Source: Sphingobacteriales bacterium | Lineage (GTDB): Bacteria; Bacteroidota; Bacteroidia; UKL13-3 | Reading direction: 5' to 3' | NCBI GenBank assembly: GCA_021299635.1 | Contig: JAJTFA010000001.1 | Coordinates: 520,391-584,390, forward strand | DNA length: 64,000 nucleotides | Part shown: piece after piece, positions 20,918-30,493 of the stretch | Position numbering within the stretch: the first letter of the stretch is position 1 | Layout of the letters: every line of letters starts with the position of its first letter | Made by a program: the position numbers and the translations under genes | The notes under the pieces: model-generated | Told to the model about the DNA's origin: nothing | Database searches by the model: none | What the model saw: only the letters and a program-made list of their open reading frames with translations

Positions 20918-21406
20918 ATGGAAGAAATCAGAAGAGAATCGGTTGTAAAACGATATGCAAGTTATGCTGAGCTTAGCCATGAAGATGTGGCTTTGCTTAA
21001 AGAGGCAAAAGAGGCGGTGCATAACAGTTATGCTCCATACTCACAATTTTATGTGGGTTGTGCATTGCTGCTGCAAAACGGTGTTGTTATTAAAGGAAGC
21101 AATCAGGAAAATATGGCTTATCCCAGCGGGTTGTGTGCCGAGCGTGTGGCTATTTTCCATGCAGGTGCTACCTATCCGGATGTGCCGGTGATGGCAATGG
21201 CCATTACGGTTAAAGCAGCTGATTTTGAAGTAAAGGAACCCATTATGAGTTGCGGTGCATGCCTGCAAAGCATGAGTGAATATGAATTAAAATTCAATCA
21301 ACCCATACGCATTATTTTGCAGGGTGAAACGGGCGATGTATGGATAGCCGAAGGTTTGCGCACGTTTATGCCTTTTATGTTCTGGCTTGATGAGTTAAAG
21401 AAATAA
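20918..21406 (+). CDS. cdd: Cytidine deaminase
   Basis: SYAPYSQFYVG, NQEN, CAERVA, SCGAC zinc motifs. Confidence 0.93.
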   Translation: MEEIRRESVVKRYASYAELSHEDVALLKEAKEAVHNSYAPYSQFYVGCALLLQNGVVIKGSNQENMAYPSGLCAERVAIFHAGATYPDVPVMAMAITVKAADFEVKEPIMSCGACLQSMSEYELKFNQPIRIILQGETGDVWIAEGLRTFMPFMFWLDELKK

Positions 21407-21409
21407 TCC

Positions 21410-23002
21410 ATGATTATTCGGGCAAACCTCGTAGATATTGCATCCGCAACAATATTTGGTGCAGAGGTAAGTATCGAAAACGGCATGATTCATGCCATTA
21501 CCCCAACCAACCAAACATATACCCAATACATCTTACCGGGTTTTATTGATGCGCACGTGCACATTGAAAGTTCATTGCTGGTGCCATCTGAATTTGCGCG
21601 CATGGCAGTATTGCATGGTACGGTAGCAACCGTAAGCGATCCGCATGAAATTGCCAATGTATGTGGTTTGGCCGGTGTGGATTTTATGATGCAGAATGGC
21701 AAACAGGTTCCGTTTCATTTCTTTTTTGGTGCACCCGGTTGTGTGCCTGCCACACCCTTTGAAACTGCCGGTGCCTGTCTTTCTGCTGCCGATGTTGAAG
21801 CGCTGCTGAAACGGGATGATATCCGCTATTTATCTGAGATGATGAATTTTCCGGGAGTATTGCAGGATGATGCAGAGGTGTTGCGCAAAATAGCTGCTGC
21901 ACATGAGCTGGGTAAACCTATTGACGGGCATGCACCGGGGCTGAGGGGCGATGCGCTTAAAAAATATTTGGCTGCCGGAATCTCAACCGATCATGAATGT
22001 TTTACCCTTGAAGAGGCAGAAGAAAAATTAAAACTGGGCATGAAGGTGCTCATCAGAGAGGGGAGTGCTGCACGCAATTTTGATGCATTGATTCCGCTAC
22101 TGGATGCGTACCATGAGCAACTCATGTTTTGCAGTGATGATAAACACCCCGATTCACTTGCACTGGGACATATCAACCAACTGGTGGCACGTGCACTGGC
22201 TGCCGGTTGCAATTTTTTTAAAACCCTGCAGGTGGCTTGCATCAATCCGGTTCTGCATTATCAGTTGCCTGTGGGCTTACTTCAGGTTGGTCATCCTGCC
22301 GATTTTATTCTTACCTCCGATATTAAAAACTTTACGGTTGATGAAACCTATATCCGCGGCAATTGTGTAGCAAAAAAAGGCAAAACCCTTATTGCTTCTG
22401 TGCCGGTTGAGCCCATCAATCATTTCTCATGCAGTGCCAAACGTGTTTCTGATTTTGTATTGCAACCTAAGCCGCAGCAAGAGGTAATGGTTTGTTTGGA
22501 TGGGCAGCTCATTACAGAAAAAATATGGGTGCAGGCAGCCAATTGTGTACCTGAACAGGATGTATTAACGATAGCTGTTGTAAACCGTTATGCAGATGCA
22601 CCGGTGGCTTGTAGCTTTATTAAAAATATGGGAATTAAAAGCGGTGCCTTTGCTTCATCTGTTGCGCATGATAGCCACAATATAGTGGTGGTGGGAGTAG
22701 ATGCTGAAAGTATGTGCAGGGCAGTGAATCTGCTTATTAACGCAACAGGTGGATTGAGCGCAGTAAATGCAGCTGAGGAAATGATATTGCCGCTGCCTGT
22801 GGCAGGTTTAATGAGTGCAGCTGATGCATGGCAGGTGGAGCAGGATTATACCCGCCTTGATTTAATGGTGAAACAGATGGGTTCAGGTTTGCGGGCACCA
22901 TTTATGAGTTTATCCTTTATGGCACTTTTGGTTATTCCACACCTTAAACTAAGTGATAAAGGATTATTTGATGGAGATACTTTTATATTTGTTTCTTCAT
23001 AA
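21410..23002 (+). CDS. ade: Adenine deaminase
   Basis: DAHVHIESS, SDPHEIANV, DGHAPG, TDHEC, REGSAA, SDDKHP, AHDSHN. Confidence 0.95.
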   Translation: MIIRANLVDIASATIFGAEVSIENGMIHAITPTNQTYTQYILPGFIDAHVHIESSLLVPSEFARMAVLHGTVATVSDPHEIANVCGLAGVDFMMQNGKQVPFHFFFGAPGCVPATPFETAGACLSAADVEALLKRDDIRYLSEMMNFPGVLQDDAEVLRKIAAAHELGKPIDGHAPGLRGDALKKYLAAGISTDHECFTLEEAEEKLKLGMKVLIREGSAARNFDALIPLLDAYHEQLMFCSDDKHPDSLALGHINQLVARALAAGCNFFKTLQVACINPVLHYQLPVGLLQVGHPADFILTSDIKNFTVDETYIRGNCVAKKGKTLIASVPVEPINHFSCSAKRVSDFVLQPKPQQEVMVCLDGQLITEKIWVQAANCVPEQDVLTIAVVNRYADAPVACSFIKNMGIKSGAFASSVAHDSHNIVVVGVDAESMCRAVNLLINATGGLSAVNAAEEMILPLPVAGLMSAADAWQVEQDYTRLDLMVKQMGSGLRAPFMSLSFMALLVIPHLKLSDKGLFDGDTFIFVSS

Positions 23003-23010
23003 ACCAACCT

Positions 23011-23505
23011 ATGAAAACAATTGAAGCATTAGAACAACGCTTGTTTACCCATGCCATTGATTTGCTGGGTAACCTGCAGCCTGATACCAAGCCCCTTTGG
23101 GGCCATATGGATGCGCAACGCATGGTAGAACATTTGTCGTTGGGTTTGCGTATTTCCAATGGTGTAATTGATTTAACCATATTAAATGGCGATGAAGCAC
23201 GCGCCCTTAAAATGAAAAAGATTTCATTGCTTAGTGATAGGCCCTTACCCAAGGGTTTTCAAAATCCGGTGATGCCTGCAGAGCCTATGCCGTATGAAAC
23301 CGCAAATTTGCAGGAAGCCATCAACTTACTCAAAGAAAACTTGCACGCATGTAAACAATATTTTGCGCAAGCCGGAGCAGATGCCACCCGCATTCACAAT
23401 TTGTTTGGGCCACTAACTTATCAGGAGTGGTTGTTGTTTCACCACAAGCATTTCTCTCACCACTTTTCTCAATTCGGATTAATTAGCGAAGGTTCGTTTT
23501 TATAA
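23011..23505 (+). CDS. DinB-superfamily protein (DUF1569-like)
   Basis: WGHMDAQRMVEHL and FGPLT...HHKHFSHHFSQFG His motifs. Confidence 0.75.
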   Translation: MKTIEALEQRLFTHAIDLLGNLQPDTKPLWGHMDAQRMVEHLSLGLRISNGVIDLTILNGDEARALKMKKISLLSDRPLPKGFQNPVMPAEPMPYETANLQEAINLLKENLHACKQYFAQAGADATRIHNLFGPLTYQEWLLFHHKHFSHHFSQFGLISEGSFL

Positions 23506-24219
23506 CAGACCTGTTAAATCTTTTGTACCAATTGGGCGTTTCACCGTAAAGCCTTCACCGTATTGCGTGCCAATTAATCGGCCAAACTGAAGCGCACGGC
23601 CTTCCAGAAAATCAAAAAAATCTTTGCCTGAAATAGCCGATTCCGGTTCCTGCGAGTCCGGATTGTAAAACTGACTGCCAAATGCTTTGATGCATTTAAG
23701 TTTGGTTTTAAAATATGGCGTAATGTCAACAATCATATCAGGTTTGGTCCAGTAGTCTTGTATGTAATGATAAATGGCTTTAGGCCTCCATGCATCCTGC
23801 TCTTGTCCTTTGTAAATGGTTTCTATTTTTCTTAAGCCCGATAAAAAACAAGCCTCCTGTATCAAATCGCCTGCTTTGGCATGGTCGGTGTGGCGGTCAA
23901 ACTCAGCGTTGCACAATACAATATCGGGCTGGTATTTCCTGATCATCTCTATGGCTTTAAGCAGGTGGTGTTCATCTTTCACAAAAAAACCATCTCTAAA
24001 ACCCAGGTTCTCTCTAATATTAATGCCCATCAGGGCTGATGATTCGGCCGCTTCTTTTAATCTCAGTTCGGCATTGCCGCGTGTGCCCAGTTCTCCTTTG
24101 GTCAGGTCTACAATACCCACTTTTTTACCTGCAGCAATATGCGCAAGCAAGGTGCCGGAGGCAGCCAGTTCAATATCATCCGGATGAGCGGCAAAAGCCA
24201 ATATGTCAAGTTTTATCAT
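23500..24219 (-). CDS. bshB1: Bacillithiol biosynthesis deacetylase BshB1 (PIG-L family)
   Basis: LDILAFAAHPDDIEL, DLTKGELGTRG, RHTDH, QEACFLSGLRK, YHYIQ. Start adjusted to MIKLD. Confidence 0.92.
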   Translation of the reverse strand: MIKLDILAFAAHPDDIELAASGTLLAHIAAGKKVGIVDLTKGELGTRGNAELRLKEAAESSALMGINIRENLGFRDGFFVKDEHHLLKAIEMIRKYQPDIVLCNAEFDRHTDHAKAGDLIQEACFLSGLRKIETIYKGQEQDAWRPKAIYHYIQDYWTKPDMIVDITPYFKTKLKCIKAFGSQFYNPDSQEPESAISGKDFFDFLEGRALQFGRLIGTQYGEGFTVKRPIGTKDLTGLL

Positions 24220-24309
24220 ACCTTGTTGTTGAAAGCGTTGCGAAAGTAAGCAACTAATTGCGCTTAGCCGCAATGCTGCTGCTAAAATGTGTTTGTGCAG
24301 GTGTTGGGC

Positions 24310-24813
24310 CTACAGGTTTACTTCAATAACTTTCTTAACCTTAACCGACTCCGGTCTGGTAAAGGAGTAAAAAAAGTCAATCATCCTGCCGTTGCGGTCA
24401 ATCAGGTATTTATGAAAATTCCATTTAGGGTAACCGTTGCTTTTGGGGTTTAGTTTTTTATTGGCCAAAAAGGCAAATAACGGATGCGCAGCTACTCCTT
24501 TCACATGTATTTTTTGCGTAAGCAAAAAGCTAACAGCATAATTGGTTTTGCAAAATGCCTGTATGCCTTCATTGCTCAGCGGTTCTTGCTTGCCAAAATC
24601 ATTACTTGGGCACGCTATAATTTCAAGCCCACGATCTTTATACTGTTTGTATAGGTTTTCCATTTCTTTTAGTTGCGGTGTAAAACCACAGCCCGATGCA
24701 GTATTTACCACCAGCAGCAGTTTGCCTTTAAATTCAGATAGCTTCTTTACCTCACCGCTCATTGTTGTTACCTCAAACTGGTATAAAGAAGGTTCTAAAG
24801 TTGTTTCGCTCAT
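24310..24813 (-). CDS. Glutathione peroxidase-family protein
   Basis: VNTASGCGFT, PSNDFGKQEP, KWNFHKYLID. Confidence 0.93.
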   Translation of the reverse strand: MSETTLEPSLYQFEVTTMSGEVKKLSEFKGKLLLVVNTASGCGFTPQLKEMENLYKQYKDRGLEIIACPSNDFGKQEPLSNEGIQAFCKTNYAVSFLLTQKIHVKGVAAHPLFAFLANKKLNPKSNGYPKWNFHKYLIDRNGRMIDFFYSFTRPESVKVKKVIEVNL

Positions 24814-24889
24814 ATTATCTTAAACAAACTTTTTGGTAAAAAGATTTGAGGCCCGCAAGCCTGTCGCACCTAGGGGAATAAGTTTGCTG

Positions 24890-25564
24890 CTACAATTGCC
24901 AGTTAATGGGCGTAAGATGGTTTGCCTGCAAATAGGTATTGCATGCACTAAAGTGTTTACATCCAAAAAATGCGCCCCTGGCCAAAGGCGAAGGATGCGC
25001 TGCCGTTAATACCAAATGCCTGGAACCATCAATCAGGGTTTGTTTGCTTTGCGCATATTTGCCCCATAGCATAAATACCAGATGTGTTTGTGTGTGCGAT
25101 AAGGTTTCAATCATTTTATCCGTAAAGGTTTCCCACCCTTTGTTTTGATGAGAGCCTGCCTGGCCCGCCCTTACCGTTAAGGTAGCATTTAGCAACAATA
25201 CGCCCTGATCTGCCCACTTACGTAAATTGCCTGAAGCAGGAATGCTGCAACCCAAATCGGTTTTTAGTTCTTTAAAAATATTTTGCAAAGAAGGTGGGAT
25301 GTGTATGCCATCATTTACGCTAAAACACAACCCGTGCGCCTGCCCGGGTCCATGGTATGGGTCCTGACCCAGTATCACTGCTTTTATACGGTTTACCGGT
25401 GTATGGTTTAATGCAGCAAAAATCTGAGAGCCGGGTGGGTATATGGTATAGCCCTGCGCTTTTTCATCCAGTAAAAATTGTTTCAATTGTTTAAAGTACG
25501 GCTTCTCAAATTCATCAGCCAGCAGTTGCTTCCAGCTTTCATCCAATTTTATCTGATTGTTCAT
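24890..25564 (-). CDS. ung: Uracil-DNA glycosylase
   Basis: ILGQDPYH, GLCFSV, PPSL, GVLLLN, HPSPL. Confidence 0.97.
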   Translation of the reverse strand: MNNQIKLDESWKQLLADEFEKPYFKQLKQFLLDEKAQGYTIYPPGSQIFAALNHTPVNRIKAVILGQDPYHGPGQAHGLCFSVNDGIHIPPSLQNIFKELKTDLGCSIPASGNLRKWADQGVLLLNATLTVRAGQAGSHQNKGWETFTDKMIETLSHTQTHLVFMLWGKYAQSKQTLIDGSRHLVLTAAHPSPLARGAFFGCKHFSACNTYLQANHLTPINWQL

Positions 25565-25615
25565 GCGAGGAGAAAGAATGAGTTTTATATATTTGATTTA
25601 GCAAGTAAACCAATT

Positions 25616-27616
25616 ATGAAGGCAAGATATACTTTTTACCTGTTGTTTCTTTCTGCATGGTGCATGGCACAAACTGCAAAAGATTATGCCGTGCAGCTAA
25701 AGGCCGTTGTTTCTCCATCCACACCATCTATTACCATTAGCTGGCCTGCTGATACAAGCGGAGTAAACTATATCGTTTACCGCAAAGCTAAAAACACGGT
25801 TATATGGGCCAATCTATTGGCTACCTTGCCTAAAACCGCTACGCAATACACCGATAATGCGGTGGCAGCGGGCAGTGCTTATGAGTATTATGTGCGCAGA
25901 ACCTACAGCGTTACTACACGCGTGGCACACGGGTATATCTATGCCGGCATACAATTGCCTGAAACCACAACCAAAGGAAAACTGTTATTGCTGGTTGATG
26001 CCAACTATGCGCAACCCCTGGCCGATGAAATTAAAACACTTCAGTTAGATCTGGCTGCCGATGGCTGGGCTGTGCAACGCATGGATATTGCACGCAGCGC
26101 CTCCGTAGCTTCTGTAAAAAATATGATTGTGGCTGCACGTGCAGCCGATACCACACTCCATGCTTTGTTTTTGCTGGGCAGAATACCCGTGCCGTACTCC
26201 GGTGGGTTTAAAGCGGTGAGCGGACAAATTTACCCGCCTGACGGGCATCCGGAGCATGGGGGTGCCTGGCCTGCCGATTTATATTATGGCATGATGGAGG
26301 AAACTTACTGGACAGATACCGATGTAAATGATACCACACCGCAACGCCCGCAAAATGACAATGTGCCGGGTGATGGCAAGTTTGATCAGATGTATTTATA
26401 CCCGCAAGAGGTGCAGCTGCAGGTTGGCAGGGTAGACCTTACCAATATGGCCACCTTTGGAAACAATGATACGCTGCGCATGAAAAGATACCTAAACCGT
26501 GCGCATGATTATAAATATGGCAAACTCACTGTAAACAGGCGTGCGCTGGTTGATGATAATTTCGGGGCCATGAGTGGCGAAGCGTTTGCTGCCTCCGGCT
26601 GGCGCAGTTTTGCTACCATGTATGCCGATTCTGTTTTTGCACGCGATTATTTTGCTTCGCTCAAATCCGGCAATTATCAGTTTGCTTATGGCTGCGGTGC
26701 GGGCTCCTACACCTCATGCAGCGGTGTGGGCAATACCGCCAATTATAACAATGATAGCGTAAACGGTATTTTTAGCATGACCTTTGGCAGCTATTTTGGC
26801 GATTGGGATGCACCGAATAATTTTTTGCGTGCACCACTGTGTGCGCCCAAGCCTATGCTTGCCAGTATGTGGAGCGGCAGGCCGCACTGGCACCTGCACC
26901 ACATGGCCCTTGGCGAAAATATTGGCTATGCGGCCAGGCTCACACAAAACAACTATTTATCTGTTGCAGGTGCCGATGTGTTTGGTTATGTGCATAACAG
27001 TGCACCTACGTTTATACATATTGCACTCATGGGCGACCCCTCCCTGCGTTTGCACCCCATGCAAGCACCTGCGCAGGTAACGGCCACACCCACGGCCGAT
27101 TCTATGCAGGTACAATTAAGCTGGGCTGCTGCTGCCAATGCCGAAGGCTATGTAGTGGTGCGCGCCCGAAACCTGTTTGGCCCGTATAAACCTGTGGCAC
27201 GCATCACCACCACCGATACAGGCTGGACCGACCCTTCACCCGATAATGGCATGAATTATTATATGGTACGTGCCATGCGTTTGGAGCAAACGCCCAGCGG
27301 CAGCTACTACAATTTATCGTTGGGGGTGCCTGATTCTGCCTTTAGCAAAAGTTTTAATGCAGGGGTGCCTGCGCAGCAGGTGGCAGCGCCTGTGCTAACC
27401 GTTTACCCCAACCCCAGCAGCGGGCAGGTATATGTATGGCACAACCATATACCGTTTGCACTTGCGGCCTGGGTATACGACCTGCAGGGCAGGCTGGTGT
27501 TGAGCAAACAATTGCAGGCCGATGACAATAGCCTGCATATTGCCCAACCGGGCATTTATATACTAAAACTTAGCAACAGTGAAACGGAGCAATACAAAAA
27601 GATTGTGGTGAGGTAG
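25616..27616 (+). CDS. T9SS-secreted protein: FN3-like domains flanking a gingipain (C25)-like domain
   Basis: Signal peptide MKARYTFYLLF; LFLLGRIPVP, ADLYY, VGRVD, LMGDPSL C25-like motifs; C-terminal VYPNPSSG...GIYILK...KKIVVR CTD; TATATTTG promoter at 25588-25595. Confidence 0.75.
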   Translation: MKARYTFYLLFLSAWCMAQTAKDYAVQLKAVVSPSTPSITISWPADTSGVNYIVYRKAKNTVIWANLLATLPKTATQYTDNAVAAGSAYEYYVRRTYSVTTRVAHGYIYAGIQLPETTTKGKLLLLVDANYAQPLADEIKTLQLDLAADGWAVQRMDIARSASVASVKNMIVAARAADTTLHALFLLGRIPVPYSGGFKAVSGQIYPPDGHPEHGGAWPADLYYGMMEETYWTDTDVNDTTPQRPQNDNVPGDGKFDQMYLYPQEVQLQVGRVDLTNMATFGNNDTLRMKRYLNRAHDYKYGKLTVNRRALVDDNFGAMSGEAFAASGWRSFATMYADSVFARDYFASLKSGNYQFAYGCGAGSYTSCSGVGNTANYNNDSVNGIFSMTFGSYFGDWDAPNNFLRAPLCAPKPMLASMWSGRPHWHLHHMALGENIGYAARLTQNNYLSVAGADVFGYVHNSAPTFIHIALMGDPSLRLHPMQAPAQVTATPTADSMQVQLSWAAAANAEGYVVVRARNLFGPYKPVARITTTDTGWTDPSPDNGMNYYMVRAMRLEQTPSGSYYNLSLGVPDSAFSKSFNAGVPAQQVAAPVLTVYPNPSSGQVYVWHNHIPFALAAWVYDLQGRLVLSKQLQADDNSLHIAQPGIYILKLSNSETEQYKKIVVR

Positions 27617-27742
27617 GAGGGGATGTTATTGTGCTTTCTGAATGGTCGAGTCAAGTCGGACGTCTTGCAATTGAAAATCATGAGTACCGCTGAAAAACAG
27701 ATTACACCCGCGAATAAATGTAATTACACCTGTGCGTTGGCT

Positions 27743-27758
27743 TCCCGAAGTATCGGGA
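27743..27758. repeat. Short REP-like hairpin at the distal end of the array
   Basis: TCCCGA-agta-TCGGGA flanked by TGTG..GGCTT repeats. Confidence 0.4.
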
Positions 27759-27799
27759 CAAGTTGTGTGGCTTGCAAATGTGTATGACTGCTGCATGGG

Positions 27800-30010
27800 T
27801 TATTCGATTACTCTTTCAAAAATTCCAACAACTTTAAAATTCAACAGGTCGTCTTCCGATAAAACAATGTCTTCGTATTCTTCCAAATTAGATAATGGCT
27901 TAAGTCTTATGGAGTCGTGCTTCCATCCTTCATCAGAAATATTTTTTACACTATGATACTCTTTTACTGTATAGCCTGAACCAAATTCTGAATCATTAAT
28001 TGAGGTTGATTCAACTAATACTATTTTCCCATTTCTTGAACCGCCTTCATCTTGTTTAAATAAACAATATGAACCATTAGGAATTTTATTATTCATTGAT
28101 TCACCAACCACTTTACAAACAAAGTATCCTTTTTTCGCTGCAATATTGAAAGGTGGCTCTATCCATGTTAATTCAGAATGTGATTGCAAGTCGCTGAAAT
28201 TGCCTGCTGCTGCTGAAATGTCTACTAAAGGAATACTATTAACGTATGGTTTAACTTCGTCATTACGGAGAATTCTGAAGGGTATTTGCTTTTTATATGT
28301 TTCAATATTTTCCTTTAAATATTCTCGCAAACTCGGATTACATGCATAAACAAATGTTCCTTTTATGCCGCGATACATAATAGTTTTATAAATATTTATT
28401 ATGTAAGACTTTAGGATATTAATATCAGAAACGCCCTTCTTACCATTTATGTCAAAATATTTTTCTGGGTAAATTATTATAGAGTTTGTCTTTCGGTCAA
28501 AATCTATCTCTTTGCCAAATACCACAGCAGCATAATTTAAATCATATCCTTGTGTTGTATGAATACATCCTATTTCATTAAATGCATTCGATGAATTAAT
28601 CCAATCTTTATCGGTGGAATTCCATTTGAAATTTAAACCATCTAACTCAATGTCAGTTGTGGTAGGTGGTGGTGTAGGATTTAGTTTTGGATTTGATATC
28701 CATGGCCATGAATAACCTGCAATCATCCTGCAAAGGCCGAATTCATTTTCTTTCTTGCTCAACTCGACATGTAAGTCATTGAAATTATCGAAAACGAGCA
28801 ATTCGTAATTCTCTTCTTGATATTTCGTCTTACCTAGTCTATTTATATTTAGTAACTCATCAACAAATTGAATGTAATTGTTGCCTCCCTTGACACGCAT
28901 TTGGGATTTTAATTCAAGACGTAATGAATTTTTATCACTTACTAGTTTATTAAACTTTTCAGAATCAACATCCGAAGGTTTTACTGATTGGGCAGAATCG
29001 TAAAAGAATAACTGATTTTTACTGTTTGCAATTATCCAGTCTAATTCAGTACCACTATCATCTAATCCCAACTTTTGATTATTTTTTTTGAAAGCACCCA
29101 TCCAACTAATATTCTTATACTTCCTGAGTCTATGTGCTTCATCAACTATTAACAAATCGTACTTTTCATTCAACTTGAAAGTATCTGAGGGATTAATAAC
29201 CATAGATGATTTTAGGCCAGGGATTTTTCTAAATACTTTCTCAAGAGATTCTCGAAGAGATGTCATTGCGACCACTAAACCAATTTTGGCATTTGGATAT
29301 TTTGATTTAAATTCCTTTACAAACTTAATTTCTTTTACCTCATCCTCATTATAATCATCTGTTTGTAATTCATCAATATCTGAAGCTAGGAGTTTGATTA
29401 AGTATGCAGCAAGAATTGTTTTGCCAGTACCTGCACTTCCGCTTACAAATATTCTGTTCGATTTTTTAGTTGTAAGACCATCTAAGATTTCTAGAACCGA
29501 ATTATATTGATCTTCATTAAGTGCCTTATAAGGTGAATATTTAAATAGTTCGGAATTTTCAATTTCAGTTAACGATTTGGTTACAATTTTCCGCTCAATA
29601 AGTTTATTCCAAACCTCTTTAAAAAGATTTTTGTAAAGGTCTTGTTGATAATAGTTGTGGTTTATTAATCCATAATTGCCATTTTGAAGGTTGTACGTAC
29701 CTTCAGCTGTGATGTATTGAATTAGATTCGATTCGATGTCAAGTGTTGCAGATTTATTGAATTTGTCTGAACCTATAATTGAAATTGTATCGAGCTTGCA
29801 GCGTTCAGGATTTCCAAGATGGTTTTTAATTCGAAAGAGTGCATTGGTAGATTCACCTACATACGCAGCCTTTATTTTTTCATTTTGAATAAAATAAACT
29901 AAGGGCCATTGATTTTTTACCCAAGGATTCTGCTCAATTTTGTTGAGTGAGTCCTTGTGAAAAGGATATTGTTCCGAAACTTCAATTGATAATTCAAAAG
30001 ACAAACTCAT
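27800..30010 (-). CDS. GIY-YIG nuclease / DUF2075 (Schlafen group 3-like) helicase / S24 LexA-like peptidase fusion
   Basis: N-terminal LVY...YVGES...R.KNH; Walker A GSAGTGKT; DEAH; QMRV; HTTQGYD; YRGIKG; C-terminal AAG, GESM, TVK S24 motifs. Confidence 0.85.
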   Translation of the reverse strand: MSLSFELSIEVSEQYPFHKDSLNKIEQNPWVKNQWPLVYFIQNEKIKAAYVGESTNALFRIKNHLGNPERCKLDTISIIGSDKFNKSATLDIESNLIQYITAEGTYNLQNGNYGLINHNYYQQDLYKNLFKEVWNKLIERKIVTKSLTEIENSELFKYSPYKALNEDQYNSVLEILDGLTTKKSNRIFVSGSAGTGKTILAAYLIKLLASDIDELQTDDYNEDEVKEIKFVKEFKSKYPNAKIGLVVAMTSLRESLEKVFRKIPGLKSSMVINPSDTFKLNEKYDLLIVDEAHRLRKYKNISWMGAFKKNNQKLGLDDSGTELDWIIANSKNQLFFYDSAQSVKPSDVDSEKFNKLVSDKNSLRLELKSQMRVKGGNNYIQFVDELLNINRLGKTKYQEENYELLVFDNFNDLHVELSKKENEFGLCRMIAGYSWPWISNPKLNPTPPPTTTDIELDGLNFKWNSTDKDWINSSNAFNEIGCIHTTQGYDLNYAAVVFGKEIDFDRKTNSIIIYPEKYFDINGKKGVSDINILKSYIINIYKTIMYRGIKGTFVYACNPSLREYLKENIETYKKQIPFRILRNDEVKPYVNSIPLVDISAAAGNFSDLQSHSELTWIEPPFNIAAKKGYFVCKVVGESMNNKIPNGSYCLFKQDEGGSRNGKIVLVESTSINDSEFGSGYTVKEYHSVKNISDEGWKHDSIRLKPLSNLEEYEDIVLSEDDLLNFKVVGIFERVIE

Positions 30011-30336
30011 AATTCATTGTACTTTTTAGCATTACCCTTTGATTTGTCAACTGGATATTTCTCCCCATTCTTTTTTATTTTATCCATCACAATATCCTTT
30101 ATATCAAGCTGATATTTATCTGCAAGAAGAAAAGCATATGCAAAAATATCTGCCAACTCTTCTTTTACCTTTTCCTTGTTTGCTTCATCAGGGCTTTTCC
30201 ATAAAAACAATTCAAGCAACTCACCCGCCTCAACATTTATTGCAAGTGCTAGATCTTTTGGATTGTGGAATTGCTCCCAATCTCTTTCATTCCTGAATTG
30301 TAAGAGTGCTTGTATTATTTCTTTGCTTTCTTTCAT
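30007..30336 (-). CDS. MazG-like nucleotide pyrophosphohydrolase
   Basis: RDWEQFHNPKDLA, EAGELLE, EELAD, KYP; 4-bp ATGA overlap with the helicase gene. Confidence 0.9.
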   Translation of the reverse strand: MKESKEIIQALLQFRNERDWEQFHNPKDLALAINVEAGELLELFLWKSPDEANKEKVKEELADIFAYAFLLADKYQLDIKDIVMDKIKKNGEKYPVDKSKGNAKKYNEL

Positions 30337-30356
30337 GTTGGTATGTTTTTACGCTT

Positions 30357-30493
30357 GCTGGTACTGTTTTGGAGCTTTGCGTTCGGGCGGGCTTTTAAGC
30401 ACTACTCTTGATACGAAGTACCGCACTTCAATTATACACAAAATTGTCAAAAGAAGCACGTTACCCCGCCTGATACAATACCCTTATTATAGC
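30357..30493 (-). repeat. attC-like site 2 (degenerate)
   Basis: Minus strand GCTATAAT...TCAGGCGGGG...CCCGCCCGA...AAAACAGTACCAGC; homologous to site 1; both core boxes mutated. Confidence 0.65.

Noticed and set aside
24310-24813. Selenocysteine in the Gpx-family protein
   Set aside because: The active-site codon is TGT (Cys) and the ORF is uninterrupted.
25478-25615. N-terminal extension overlapping ung
   Set aside because: The signal peptide and TATATTTG promoter indicate a start at 25616.
27617-27730. Possible attR duplicate of the tRNA-Arg 3' end (TGGTCGAGTC near 27643)
   Set aside because: It matches only about 5 bases of TGGTCTCGACAGG; no convincing direct repeat.
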